Source of the DNA: Eledone cirrhosa
Taxonomy: Eukaryota
Assembly (NCBI GenBank): GCA_964016885.1
Contig: OZ024761.1
Location: 14,198,001 to 14,262,000 of the forward strand
Direction: 5' to 3'
DNA length: 64,000 nt
Positions 1 to 49,611 of the stretch are shown in pieces (position 1 is the stretch's first letter; each line of letters begins with the position of its first letter). Both the position numbers and the translations under genes were made by a program. The notes under the pieces are model-generated. The model saw nothing but the letters and a program-made list of their open reading frames with translations. It was not told the origin of the DNA and did no database searches.

Positions 1-299
1 ATCATTGGATACCATCAGGGTTGCAGGTGTTATATCAGAGTTTTCCTTCTCCTAGAATTCTGCCTTGACAAAGGCTAAGGGGTAATAATGAATTTAAATA
101 CTGTAAAGCTAATGATAATAAATTGTTAAAGAAAAAATATACTTTTTCAATTCTGCGAAAACAGAATGGTATTCCATACCGTAGGTAGGTTTTCAGTTTG
201 TTTTTATGCTGCAAGAGAAGGAACCCGAAAGAGCCCACAAAAACGCAAATTTCAAAACAGACAAGATATTTTTTCTTCGTGAGACTGTTCATATCTGCA

Positions 300-510
300 T
301 CGCAAGTCCGTATGTAGGATGTTTGCGGTAGTGCCCTTGGCAGGGGAGTTTGGTGTCCTCGGCCCTAGGGCTACTTCCCTACTCACCACCATAAGCGCTG
401 AGCTGGCCAGACGCAGGTGTGAGCCTCACGACATGGAATGGTTCTTCCAGCGCATCTCCCTTACCATCCCCCAGGGAAACGCCTTCTCCATTCTGTCCGC
501 CGGGGTTGTG
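300..510 (+). mobile_element. CRE-like (RLE) non-LTR retrotransposon C-terminal fragment
   Basis: VPLA.E.GVLGP.A...EP...WFFQRISL.I.QGNA.SIL resembles the CRE-type endonuclease tail. Confidence 0.6.
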
Positions 511-581
511 GGGAGGCCAGCACGTGGGACCCCATTTGCTCACCATACAGAGAGATGGGAAGGGCCAGAGAGATGGAGGCG

Positions 582-1221
582 ATGACAGTGGGAGTTCGGC
601 TCTTCCACGTTCGGACCCAGCACGTGGGACCCCATTTTCTCACCATACAGAGAGATGGGAAGGGCCAGAGAGATGGAGGCGATGACAGTGGGAGTTCGGC
701 TCTTCCACGTTCGGACCATATCCTTGTGGTTGTGTTTATCATCTATAGACTACACTAATTATTTATTTCCAGTACTTGCTACAGTAAGTATATTTAATCT
801 ATTTACTCCAAACCCGACAAATCGAAATGATTTCACTTTAAATACTGAAAATAATATTTCTATTCTATTCCTAATTTCAGTAAGTTTTTGAGTTTGAAGG
901 AAATACACCGTAATTTTTAAAAACTTTTTGCTACAAACAAAACTCACATCTTTTAGTTTTATTTATCTTAATCTTCGAAAAAAATATATTACTTTTCTTA
1001 CTACAAGCAGAATGTAAAACGACCTTCAGTTTGTTTTGTTTTATCATATACTAAAGACTTTGCTTGTTTTTTTTTATATCTTTCGCTGATGTATTGTATT
1101 TTGAAGTATGATGGATTAATTATATATATATATCACCTTACTGACATAATACCTGGCAGTTAACAATAGAAAATAGTAACCTTAGTAAACACGAAAGAAC
1201 AGCCGAACTCCCACTGTCATT
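582..1221. mobile_element. Putative MITE with ~24-bp inverted ends; left end tandemly duplicated (100-bp unit, 518-717)
   Basis: ATGACAGTGGGAGTTCGGCT at 582 and 682; reverse complement at 1201-1220. Confidence 0.5.
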
Positions 1222-3011
1222 TTGAAGCATTGTGTTTTGTTTTGATGTGATCTATTTTCTGAAATAGTAATTGTATTTCGTTGTATTTCTAATTAGTTAC
1301 TGAAATATTGTAATTGGTGCTCTGTATTGCTGTCATTCGCTAAGGTAAGGTTTTTAGAGTACTATATTTTTAACTTATTTTATTTTCTGAGGTAGTAATT
1401 GTATTTCGTTTTATTATTTTTAAATTACCATATTTCCCGGGCGCCGAAGACCCTTCGTCCTTGAGGACGGACCCTAATTTTGACAACCAAAAATTTGAAA
1501 ACAAATAATTGTTTCTACTTTAGGCACAAGGCCAGCAATTACCCAGTGCATTACTGGTACTTTATTTTATCGACCCCGTAAGGATGAAAGGCAAAGTCAA
1601 CCTCGGTGGGATTTGAACTCGGTTTCTTATATAGGAACAAGGCCAGCAATTTGGGGGGGAGGGGGGACAGTCGATTAAATCGACCTTAGTGCGTGACTGG
1701 TACTTTATTTTATCGACCCCGTAAGGATGAATGGCAAAGTTAACCTCGGCGGGATTTGAACTCACATCATAAAGGACCGTAACTCTATGTTGCAAAGAAT
1801 GGTGTCCGACCCTCTACCGATACTGCCAATCCACCGCCCTTAAAAAAAAAATTTGTAAACCTTCGGCCTCCAGGACGCATGGTAGATTTTTGAGACTTAT
1901 TTTAGGAAAAAAGTAGTGTCTTCGACGCCTGGAAATATGGTAATTGATTATTATAAAGTACCAGTAATGCACTGAGTAATTGCTGAGTAATTGCAAAAGT
2001 AGAAACAATTATAATAGAACACTCAGTTTTTACTAATCAATGTTTCTAGACTTTCATAGTTTCATCATCAGTACATTAAGTATTATTGACTTTTCTTTTT
2101 ACAGTCATACATGCCTCAAAAAACAACAAACAACAAGCAACCTCCAGGTATGTTATGGATAATTTATTGGTGAAAATATATATAATATTTATTTTGTATT
2201 TATACAGATATACACGATATAATGTGTGTGTGTGCAGACGTGAATCAATCCATGCCTTGTGGGAGAAATTAGGCTCACAGAAACTGTGTGGAAGTGTTCA
2301 CCAGATGGACTGAACCTGCAATTCAAAGGCCCATACTTGTAACGTAATGGTGTCATGGTGAATCTCCCTGAGAATTGTGTTAAGAGTTACACATGTGTCT
2401 GTGAAATACTCAACCAATTACACTGGACTATACTTGTAAATCAAAAGGTCAGCTTTGTTGCACACTGCCACACCGAATCTCCCTGAGAACTTCATTAAAT
2501 GTGCCCATGGCTGTGGAATGCTCAGCCACTTGCTCCTTCCATTGTTCAAACAAGTGAAATACTGGTAATCAGAACCGAGTTCCAACTCACACACACACGC
2601 ACACACCAGTCACATAAACACACACACACACACATACCAGTCACACACACACACACACACCAGTCACATAAACACATACACACACACACATACATACCAG
2701 TCACATTCACACACACATAACAGTCACATAAACACACACACACACACATCAGTCACCCACACACACATACATACACCACAGTCACACACAAACATATACA
2801 CTATTTTTCTTCTTTCTTCTTTCTCATTCATAGTTTTCAGTCATTTGGTTGGCGACCATGCTGGAGCCTTTTAACCCTTTAGCATTTAAACCGGCCAGAA
2901 TTCTCTCATCTTTTTACTGTTCAAACCGGTCATAATTGGCCACTCATACTTATGCTATGGTATTGTTCTCAAAATAAATATCAAAATCTTGTAAATTTGA
3001 TATTTATATGA

Positions 3012-3636
3012 TCTAGATATATAACACTGAGGATGTCTGTCTGTGTGTGTGTGAGTTTGAATCCCTAAAACTCGAGAAGCACCCAACCAACTGTAATACT
3101 TATGTTTCAGGGAGTGTTCTGAGCAAAAAAAAAATTGAAATTTTCAATGCCCTAGGGACCGCATTAGGTGAAAAACTGTGTTTTTTAAAGACTTTTAGGG
3201 GTTTTTTGAGGCGTTACGTCAGACCGATTTCCTTGAAATTGTAACTATGTATTAGTCAGTCTCTTCTTCATACCGTGAGCAAACAAAATCCAACTTTTTT
3301 ATGGCCTAGGGCCTGCATTAGGTAAAAAAACTTCATTTTTTTCAGCTTTTTAGGGCTTTTTGGAGGCGTTACATCTAGCCGGTTTTCCCGAAATTTCAAA
3401 GCATATTATGCATATAAAAAAAATTCATTTTCTTGATCCCCTAGGGCCTGCATTAGGTGAAAACCTGCATTTTTCCTGCTTCATCGAGGAAAATCTTAAA
3501 GATTATCCAGCCATCAGAGTATTTGGTTTATTTTCTTGACATATTATCCAGGCATGCAGTTTTTCCACGATTAGGTCTGTTGGCAGCCCGCGTTCCAAAA
3601 TACCTTATCCCGTGCAACACCGGGTACCACTGCTAG
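3012..3636 (+). mobile_element. Non-autonomous Helitron inserted in a MITE copy
   Basis: A|TC 5' end; CCCG..CGGG subterminal hairpin; CTAG|T 3' end; MITE sequence resumes on both sides. Confidence 0.8.
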
Positions 3637-3849
3637 TGTAAGATAAAACCTTTACCACAAAAGTACAATAGTAAATATAGAGTAATGTAAATGTTAAAGG
3701 TGTAATTTATGAGAAAATGAAAAAAATGTTGCTCAAAGCTACTATGTTTGTTTTTTTGTAGCAGCAACAGGCAACATCATTTTGCATCTATAAGGGTCTT
3801 TACCTGATTTTTATAAACTATTTTATAGCATGCATGCCCTCGTGCGCTC

Positions 3850-4097
3850 GTGCTTATCCCGGTTTCATGGCGTGAAGTGACTGAGAGTACAAGACTCCCT
3901 CTCAAAAGAGGATGCTAGTCATTCACAGGGTTAAACCCCCAGCTGTTGCTGGTACTTATTTTCAGCTGAGTAAACGGGAGCAACGAAAAATGAAGTGTTT
4001 TGCTCAAGAACACAACACACAATCCAGCCCAGGAATGGAACCCACAACATTATGATCGTAAGTCCAACACCCTTACCACTAGGCCACATACCTTCAT
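3850..4097 (-). mobile_element. Related CORE-like SINE subfamily (also 62835-63097, 36610-36760, 42440-42562)
   Basis: TGGCCTAGTGGTAAGG head, GTTCTTGAGCAAAACACTT core. Confidence 0.75.
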
Positions 4098-4233
4098 TTT
4101 ATAAAACCTGACTAAAATTGTTATTTTTCTGTATCTGACCTTTCCCCATCTTAAAGAATGGTGTGCTAATGCGCGGATTTGTTATAAAATAGGGTGAAGG
4201 CCCTTTAAGATGGAGAAAGAAGTTGCCATCCAT

Positions 4234-4370
<137 letters not shown>

Positions 4371-4570
4371 TATATGTATGTATATATATATGTGTATATT
4401 CAATAAGGCATCTTTGGATTTGTTGTTTAAAGAGTGAGATGGGAGAGAAAGAAAGTTGATTTAAGAGTGAGATGAGAGAGGAAAGAGGGTGGGAGAGAGT
4501 GTGAGAGGGAAGGAGAGAGAGGGAGAGAGTGTGAGAGGGAAGGAGAGAGAGGGAGAGAGTGTGAGAGGGA

Positions 4571-4605
<35 letters not shown>

Positions 4606-4674
4606 AAGGAGAGTTAGTTGAATGAGACACAGACAAGAGAGAAGGAAAAGAGAAGAGGGAGAAGATGTAATGAG

Positions 4675-5335
4675 TGACCACACATGTGGTGGATGGGAGT
4701 GACTACATGTGGGGGAGGAGAGGGATTACAGATGGGGGGGGGACGGACTGCACATGTGGGGGAGGAAAGCGACATGTGGTGGACGAAAGTGACATGTGGT
4801 AGAGAAAGGAGGAGAACGCCCACATGTGGTGGAAGGGAGTGATCACACATGTGGTAGAGGAACGAGGAGGATAGAGCCACATGTGGTGAATGAAGGAGGG
4901 GAGTGACCACATGTGATGGAGGGGAGTGATCACACATGTGGTAGAGGAAGGAGGAGAGCGTCCACATGTGGCGAAGGAAGGAGGGGAGTGATCACATGTG
5001 GTGGAGGGGAGTGATCACACATGTGGTAGAGGAAGGAGGAGAGCACCAAATGTGGCGAAGGAAGGAGGGGAGTGACCACATGTGGTGGAGGGGAGTGATC
5101 ACACATGTGGTAGAGGAAGGAGGGGGGTGATCACACATGTTGTAGAGGAAGGAGGAGGAGAGCGCCCACATGTGGCGAAGGAAGGAGGGGAGTGACCACA
5201 TGTGGTGGAGGGGGATGATCACACATGTGGTAGAGGAAGAAGGAGGAGAGCGCCCACATGTGGCGAAGGAAGGAGGGGAGTGATGACATGTGGTAGAGGA
5301 AGGAGAAGGAGGAAGTGACCACACAATATGGTGGC
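4675..5335. repeat. CACATGTG-containing purine-rich minisatellite just past the GGT stop codon
   Basis: More than 20 (C)ACATGTG cores spaced ~22-30 bp apart. Confidence 0.85.
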
Positions 5336-5389
5336 ACAGAATGAGGACGGTGTAGAGGTCGAGGCCAGTCACCGAATGAGTTGCCATGG

Positions 5390-41176
<35,787 letters not shown>

Positions 41177-41344
41177 TCTGTAAAACAAATAAAAATGGAG
41201 AGACAATAAGTACAGTAAAAGGCATATGACATAGTGGTTAAGGTGTTGGTGTCATGATCATAAGGTTGTGAGTTCAGCTCTTAGGCTTATCAAAAGTCTA
41301 GTCTGTCTTAACCCTTTAGCATTTACATTACTCTATATTTACTA

Positions 41345-42196
41345 CTAGCTGAGGTGCCCGGTAATACCCGGGGGTTGGGGGGTGGGGGGGTTATTCCCAG
41401 TTCCCATTAAAATGCCCAATGCCTCTTAGACCAAAAATTAAATCAAAATATAGGACAGATAATCAAAAGCAAAGACAAATTCATTTACGAAACAATAATA
41501 CAAACATGTTTGTCAGAGAAGTTGAAAAAATGTTTGTCAGAGAAGTTGAGTGTTGCTATAAGGAAACAAATAGAACCCCCATTAGGGTGTCTTAATATTA
41601 TTGAAATTTGCTGAAATTTTGTGAATAGGCATCATATCTTGTCATTTACCTATGGTTTAAATTTCATATAAATCGAGGGTAAATAATTTTCAGCAGGGGT
41701 TTTGTGCCTTCGGGGAACCCTTTGATTAAAATTAAATATACTTATCCAAGGACCCTGGGCAATGTAGTTTCAGAATATATATGGTTATGGGATTGGGGGA
41801 GGGGGGGTCTATCTCCAAAACCATAGGAGAAGTTTGTGAAATCTTGTTCCATTTTTCGGCCAAAATTTTCACTATAGGGGGTTTAACCCCCATTAGAGTG
41901 TCTTAATATTATTGAAATTTGCTGAAAATTTGTGAATAGGCATCATATCTTGTCATTTATCTATGGTTTAAATTTCATATAAATCGAAGGGAAAAAATTA
42001 AGCAGGGGTTTTCTAAATGTTATCTAAACATCCTGCATGTGGAACTCCTGGAGAACCCTTTGATTAAAACAAAATATAGGTAAGAAATCAAATGGGCATG
42101 AGCCTCACACACGTGTCAAGTTTCATCAAGATCGGTTTGGTAGTTTTTGAGTTTTAGGTTCACAAACAAACAGAAATTGCCATTTATGTATATAGA
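41345..42196 (-). mobile_element. Non-autonomous Helitron of a different family inserted in a MITE copy
   Basis: Minus strand A|TCTATATA...CCCGGGTATTACCGGG hairpin...CTAG|T; internal ~130-bp direct repeat. Confidence 0.8.
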
Positions 42197-42754
42197 TTGT
42201 ATTTCTGTGGTAAAAGCTTTACCTTACATAATTATCTCACATAATATTGAATCTACTATATTTTAATATTATTTATTTTGAGAACAATATATTAATGTTG
42301 TTATGAGCTGCCAGTTATGGCTGGTTTGAACAGAAAGAGGTGAAAGAACTTTGGCCAGTTTATATACTAAACAGCTAAGCCATTTAAGGTTTGTTAGTCC
42401 GGTGAAGTGATTGAGAATACAAAACTTCCCCCTGGAGTATACTGGAGCAACGTGCAATGAAGTGTTTTGCTAAAGAACACAGCACACAACCCAGCCCAGG
42501 AATTATCATCACAACATTATCATCCTAGGTCCAACACCCTTACGACTAGGCCATGTGCCTCCACATCTCCAAATATTCCCACTGGATCCCCCAAGCAAGA
42601 CAAACTGAGATTATATACGTCCCTTTACGATCTGAGTTCAAATCCCGCCGAGGTTGACTTTGCCTTTCATCCTTACGGGGTCGATGAAATGCACTGGGTA
42701 ATTGCTGTCCTTGTGCCTAAAGTAGAAACAATTATATATGTTATCTAAACATCC

Positions 42755-43260
42755 TGCCTGTGATATACCTCTGTGTCTCCTGCCCAGCAGATGCCAATAT
42801 AATATTAAAGATTAGCAAAAAGGAGAATATTTTTACAGAACTGATGAGGAATCTGCAGATACTCCACCGAGACTATACCTTCAGATATATACCTGTGATT
42901 ATTGGGGCACTGGGATATGTTAGTGACTGTCTCAATACAAATCTAGAGAAGCTGGGCTTCACAGGAACAGAAAGAACATGACTAGTTAGGAAATTACAAG
43001 TACAATCCATTAATGGAACAGCAAAAATATGTAAAACATTCCAAAAATTTTGCATGTAATAACTGCATGTACACATGTACAGATACAAAACATATACACA
43101 TGCACACATATAACTAAAAAAATCCACATCCACACATACAATAACATCCATACTTGCACACACGCATGCAGACATATCTACCTAGTTGATGTTTAAATTC
43201 CAATGAAAGAGTCTTGTGTCTGTGTCTCTCTATTGGTAAAATTTTATAAAATTATAAAAC
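42755..43260 (+). mobile_element. Degenerate RLE-type non-LTR retrotransposon 3' fragment
   Basis: VSCPADANI..K...KEN...EL...IPVIIGALG. Confidence 0.7.
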
Positions 43261-43299
43261 CTACATACACACATACATACATACCTGAATTTAGCCCTT

Positions 43300-43354
43300 G
43301 TTGGTGATAGTAGTAGTAGTAGTAGTAGAGATAGTAGTAGTAGTGGTGGTGGTG

Positions 43355-43395
<41 letters not shown>

Positions 43396-43454
43396 GGTGG
43401 TAGTAGTAGTAGTAGAGATAGTAATAGTAGTGGTGGTGGTAGTAGTAGTAGAGA

Positions 43455-43512
<58 letters not shown>

Positions 43513-43513
43513 G

Positions 43514-43552
<39 letters not shown>

Positions 43553-43651
43553 AGACTGGTAGTCATAGTAGTAGTAGAGATAGTAGTAGTAGTAGTAGTA
43601 GTAGTAGTAGAGATAGTAGTAGTAGTGGTGGTGGTAGTAGTGGTGGTGGTG

Positions 43652-43693
<42 letters not shown>

Positions 43694-43706
43694 AGACTGG
43701 TAGTCA

Positions 43707-43737
<31 letters not shown>

Positions 43738-43805
43738 GGTAGTAGTAAGACTGGTAGTCATAGTAGTAGTAGTTGTAGTGGTGGTGGTTGGTGATAGTAA
43801 TGGTA
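43300..43805. repeat. (TAG/TGG)n microsatellite
   Basis: Seen directly. Confidence 0.95.
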
Positions 43806-45087
43806 GTCAAACTGTCATAGAATTCACACACACACATAAATACATACACACACACATATACATACATACACACATTTATACACATGCTACGCAATAAGAA
43901 TGATGAAATTCTAGATAAGGATACATGACAGTGGTGGGGGGAGGTGATAAAAGAGCATTGTCAACCCACCACCCTCCACACAAAGCTTCACACTACCTGA
44001 TGTTCCCCCCAACCCCACCCTCTACTACTAATAACCCACCACGTCACCCTCCACCCCCACTTGTAAACTATTATTGTATTCTCTCGCACGTCTGGTATTG
44101 GTACACTTTATAGAGGAGGGGGGGGGGTCATGTAATATAACGCCTTATATGTTTATACATTGTCAGTTTTATATATAAATAATAATTGTTTCTACTTTTG
44201 GCACAAGGCCAGCAAATACCCACCCAGTACATTACTGGTACTTTATTTTATCGACCCCGTAAGGATGAAAGGCAAAGTTAACCTCAGCGAGATTTGAACT
44301 CAGATCATAAAGGAACGTAACTCTATGCTTCAAAGCATGGTGTCCGACCCTCTACCGATACTGCCAATATATAATAAGGAGCTGACAGACCCACCATCTT
44401 TATCAACGCCAGGACCTGAATATCAATCCACCAGTCTGAAATAATAATAATTGTTTCTACTTTAGGCACAAGGCCAGCAATTACCCAGTACATTACTGGT
44501 ACTTTATTTTATCGACCCCGTAAGGATGAAAGGCAAAGTTAACCTCGAATAAATGTGAAGACTAAAATCCGAAAAAGGCTCGATAAGGACAATATATATA
44601 TCAAAATATATAAAAACTATAGAGCAAATATTTATTAAAATAACAGATTAAAGTGTTTAAGCAAAGAATCGCTGCTTTCACCCTTAACGGGATCTTCTGG
44701 GTGGAGGGTGACGTGGTGGGTTATTAGTAGTAGAGGATGTGGTTGGGGGTAACATCAGGTAGCATGAAGCTTTGTGTGTTCGAGAGGGTGGTGGCGGTGG
44801 TGGGTTGACAATGCTTTTATCACCTCCGTCTTCCCGTTAAGGGTGAACGCAGTGATTCTTTGCTTAAACTTTAATCTGTTATTTTAATATTTTAATAAAT
44901 ATTTTCTCTATGTTTTTTATATATATATATATTATCCTTATCGAGCCCGCTTCGGATTTTAGTCTTCACATTTATTATTATTACTGTATATATATATATA
45001 TATATACATGACGAAGAAGGTGTGGTAAGAAACCAGGTGGACCATAACAGACTAGAGTACTCGATACTTAGGGTAGTAGAGTGAGTA

Positions 45088-45212
45088 ATAGGAAAATAGT
45101 CAGGACCCTGACGGCTGAGCTTCGGCCGTTTCGACAGCTAGATCCGGATCTGTTCGGATCTAACTGTCGGAACGGCCGGAGCTCAGTCGTCGGGGTCCTG
45201 ACTCTTTTCCTA
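45088..45212 (+). other. GC-rich ~60-bp-arm fold-back hairpin
   Basis: ATAGGAAAATAGTCAGGACC...GATCCGGA / TTCGGATC...GGTCCTGACTCTTTTCCTAT. Confidence 0.85.
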
Positions 45213-46886
45213 TATATACACCTACACACACTGGACCCCGACGGCTGAGCTCGCAGCATGGTTCACAGTGAAAACAGATACAATTGTAAAATGTTGGCAA
45301 AAATCCGGCTTATTTACAACTTCCGAAGCCGTCTTTAGCGATAATGAAAATAGAATTTGAAGTAAACGAATTTGATGAAGAAATTCAACAGTTGTAGAAT
45401 TCAGTTTCAGCTATGAAAAATTACCTCAAAAATCCTCGCTGATACTGCTCTCTTTTGCTCTGGTGTTGGATCGGTTGTTCACCCCTTTCTTTACAATTTC
45501 TTTAATATTGTAACATTAAAGGAATATATCCTTCTGAAAGAATCGTGTGCGAGCAATTTATAATGTTATCTTAGCATTTGAAATGTTATTTATGTATATA
45601 TAACTACGATTTAGGCAAAGGTTTTACGAAACCAGAAGAAAGCGAAACAGATGCTTCCTCTCAGCAAAAGATAACTTTACAAGAAGTATATTCTTGTAAT
45701 GAAAAAGTACAGCAATACCTTTTACTGGAATTGAAGTCTTTCTATTAAGTCAAAATGCCATAATCAGTTCAATTGAAAATTACTGATTTTTCCCCCCGAA
45801 TAGGCTATATAGCCGGTAAACGCTAAAGGGACGCAACACACATCGCTATAGTGTTTCACCCCCCCCCCCCCCCCCCCGCTGCTTTCTGTTGTCTGTATCT
45901 GTTTATATATTTACCTGTAAATGTATGTGTATGTAACTAAAGCCTAACGTACGTTACGAATGGACGACCAAATGATTTTAACTTTTTTTTTTAACAATTG
46001 ATGGTGGAAAAGATTTCAAATTGTCTTAACAAGGGCCGCAACTCATGGTGTCTGACACTCTTACCGGCTCCATAGCTTCTTCCATTTTTCTTACATACCA
46101 ATGCATGAATAAAAGTATCTTTACGATTTGTGGCTCTTTGTTATTACTCATTATTTAAATTCGTTAATATTCATAATTTCAAATGAAAGAAAATTATTCA
46201 AAAGAACGAATCTACACACACACACACTCACATACATTAATAGATAGACACACACACACTTCGTGAATTTCGTTATAATGGAATTTTTACTGTATACATT
46301 AAATTCTTAACAGGTTTCTTTATGCGCCACCACATACCATAAAAAAAAACACACCTGAATTCTTAACAAGATATCAACAAAAGCTTTCCCCACGTCACAT
46401 GACACCACAAACCATCTCCCCTCCCACATAACATAAAAAGAAAACAATGCTAGAACACGTCTAAATTCTCAGCAAGATATCAAAACGCTGCCCCCACCCG
46501 TAATAAAATAGCCCAAATAAAATCCATTGTTATAGTCATCTGTAGCTTGTCAAGCAGGTATTTACAATGCAGAACATTTTAGAGATAATACCAACATACC
46601 ACTAAAAATACCTGTACCATCAGTTTTTACAGTTTTCATGTGAAATTGCAGACAGCAAAATTCATAGCATTTATACAAAAATTTATTAAAAAAAAAAAAA
46701 TTTAATATTATTGCTTCTATGCAAATGGCAGTGCCCCAGCATGGTCTCAGCTGTATTGAAATATCAAATTGAATAGATAAATAATTATATGGATACTGTT
46801 CGTAAAAATCATTTATGTGTGTGCGTGATGTGTATGTATGTGTGACCCTAAGCTATAGATTAGGCCATATAGATATAATAATAATA

Positions 46887-47070
46887 ATTGTTTCTACTTT
46901 TGGCACAAGGCCAGCAATTATCCAGTGTATTACTGGTACTTTATTTTATCGACCCCATAAGGATGAAAGGCAAAGTTAACCTCGGCGGGATTTGAACTCA
47001 GAATGGAAAGGGACGTAACTCTTTGCGTCAAAGCATGGCGTCCGACCCTCTACCGATACTGCCAATCCAA
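46887..47070 (-). mobile_element. Meta-domain-like SINE (other copies: 1507-1840, 21555-21700, 30425-30612, 35133-35255, 44183-44368, 44450-44548; plus strand 42620-42732)
   Basis: GAGTTCAAATCCCGCCGAGGTTAACTTTGCCTTTCATCC...GGGGTCGATAAAATAAAGTACCAG; (ATT)n tail. Confidence 0.85.
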
Positions 47071-47653
47071 TAATAATAATAATGAAATATTGTGTACAGT
47101 GCTCAGGTGCACTACAACTCATCAAAAAGTATATATATATACTTTATAAATAACAATCAAAGAGTGTTTAAAACATAATTGGATAATATATAATATTACC
47201 CGTATTATATATAAATAAAATTATATATATATATATTTACACACACATATATACAATGCGAGAATTTTTTTCTTTTCTAGGTTTTTTTCATTTATTTTCA
47301 AATGATCTGACATCTCACTCACTCACCAACAACTCCTTTTTCCAAAAAACGGAAGCAGGGACGGAAGGGGACATTCAGAGTTACAGATAAACACCTCTCA
47401 GCCATTTAAATTTATAGAAAAGCACACGCTGGGGGGTGTCATGAAATTTTTTTTGAATAGGTTTTTTTTCATGTGTTTTCAACTAATTCGACTTCCAACA
47501 TGCTTGCAATCGCCTTCTTTCCCAAACATGGAATGGAGGAACAGCGAAACCCTCAGATTTTTTTTACAAGCCTCAGAGATTGCTTCAGTACAAATAACAG
47601 AGGTGTGAAGCGAGGGGTAGCTTCAGAGTTACAGATAAGCTCCTCTCAGCCAT

Positions 47654-47866
47654 TTAACCCTTTAGCATTTAAACTGGCTGTATCCAGCCAAAATTCTCTC
47701 ACCTCTTTCTATTCAAACCGATTGTACCGCCCACTCATATTGATATTAAGGTATTGTTCTCAAAATAAATATCAAAATTTCATAGATTCAATACTATGTG
47801 AGATAAAGCCTTTACCACAAAAATACAATAGTATATATGGAGTAATGTAAATGCTAAAGGGTTAAA
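47654..47866. mobile_element. piggyBac-like MITE (~210 bp), intact reference copy (others at 2872-3700, 7100-7895, 21908-22719, 38600-39657, 41308-42360, 49042-49428)
   Basis: TTAACCCTTTAGCATTTA ... TAAATGCTAAAGGGTTAA terminal inverted repeats with TTAA ends. Confidence 0.85.
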
Positions 47867-48059
47867 TTTATAGAAAAGCTATCCCTTGATACTGAAGGAT
47901 GTTTTGATCCTTCATCAATTTGTACTGTTGTGGAAAGCGTTGTAAGCTTAATTAATTAACTGTTCCCCAATTTCCAAATCCACCATTCCAATGAGGGGTG
48001 GCTGTGTAAAAGAGGAATTCTCTATTCACAGTAAATGCCATCAACAAAATCTCTTGTAA

Positions 48060-48685
48060 ATGATCCCTGGGGGTAGCCAAAATAATAAATCTATTGACAA
48101 AATTGTTGACAAGGACAAATCTGTTCATTTTATCCCGATGAAATTCTCAACAGTCCTGAACTATTTGGTATGCTGCCACACAACCTTGAATTGAAGAAGG
48201 GCACAGTGACCATGCTTCTCAGAAACATGGATCGGCCAAAATTGTGCAATGGGATGCATATGGTTGTGACAGAACTATAGCTTCACATTATCGAAGCCTA
48301 AATCCTCACTGGATGTGATAAGGGAGACATCACATTTATACATAAAATACTGCTAATACCAACAGATATTCCAATTCTCAGACTGGGTGATGTGTTGTTT
48401 CCTTGAGCAAGACACTTTATTTCACATTGTTCCAGTTTACTCAGCTGTAGAAATGAGATGATAGGGACTGGGGTCCATATCATTCCACTGCAAAGTGGTC
48501 ATAGAGGTGCCATGGCAAAAAAGCGCCCAGCCCACACTGTAAAGTGGACGTGTAGGTGCCACGGAAAAAAAGCACCCAGCACTCACTGTAAATGAGGTTG
48601 GTGTTAGGAAGGGCATCCAGCTGTAGAAATCAAGCCAGAATCAGTTCCTGTCCCACCCTTGCAAGCAGGGAAAAGCGGACGTAAA

Positions 48686-48724
<39 letters not shown>

Positions 48725-48950
48725 CCCTTTCATTTCAAATGATTGTAATTCCCAGTGAGAGTCAGTTACATGATCAGTATTAACAAGTCCCTAGGTCCAA
48801 CACTGCAGGTTGTTGGTCTCTATCTAGAAGAGGGCTGTTTCTCACATGGTCAATTGTATATAGGTTATTCCAGACTAGGAAAACCCCACAAACTGTTCAT
48901 ATATGTTCCAAAGAAAAAAGTTAAAAAACGTATTTACTGAAGTTCTGTAA
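48060..48950 (+). mobile_element. Decayed Helitron RepHel PIF1-helicase fragment split by a SINE
   Basis: MLLRNMDRPKLCNG; FPVRVSY..SINKS.G.TL..VG..L...CFSHGQLY.G.SR; stops. Confidence 0.85.
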
Positions 48951-49580
48951 ATGTTTTAAAATGTTTGTAGAATACATTTCTTTATTATTTTCTTTATTAC
49001 TTTCTGTATTAGATATTCTTTTAAAAATTATTATACAATATTTAACCCTTTAGCATTTAAACCAGCTGTATCCGGCCAGAATTCTTTCACCACTTTCTAT
49101 TCATACTGATGTTAACCCTTTAATACTGATGTTAACCCTTTAATATCTAACATAATATCGAATCTATGAGATTTTGAAAGTATTTATTTTGAGAATAAAA
49201 CCTTAACATCAGTTTAAGCAACCAGTTACAGCCAGTTTCAACAGAAAGAGGTAGAGAATTCTGGCCGGTTTTGGCCGGTTTGAACATTAAAGAGTTAAGG
49301 CATTGTTCTCAAAATAAATAATATCAAACACTAGTAGATTCGATATTATGTGATATATTCATCATATAAGATAAATCTTTTAGCACAAAAATATATATAT
49401 AGGGTAATGTAAATGCTAAAGGGTTAAATAGCTTTTAACATATTTTATTCTAAAGAAAATGGTCATTATGACAGATGACAATAGGTGCCTTATAAATAGA
49501 TTTGAGCACAGTACAGACCAGGGAGAAGGACAGGGAGAAGGACAGGAGGCTGCTAGTATATATATATACATATATAAATA

Positions 49581-49611
<31 letters not shown>

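Noticed and set aside
2025-2078. Minus-strand CTGATGA...GAAAC motif
   Set aside because: Stem II is mismatched and there is no proper UH site
46063-46085. Upstream coding exon MEEAMEP for GGT
   Set aside because: Its phase-0 donor does not fit the acceptor at 41177, which needs phase 2
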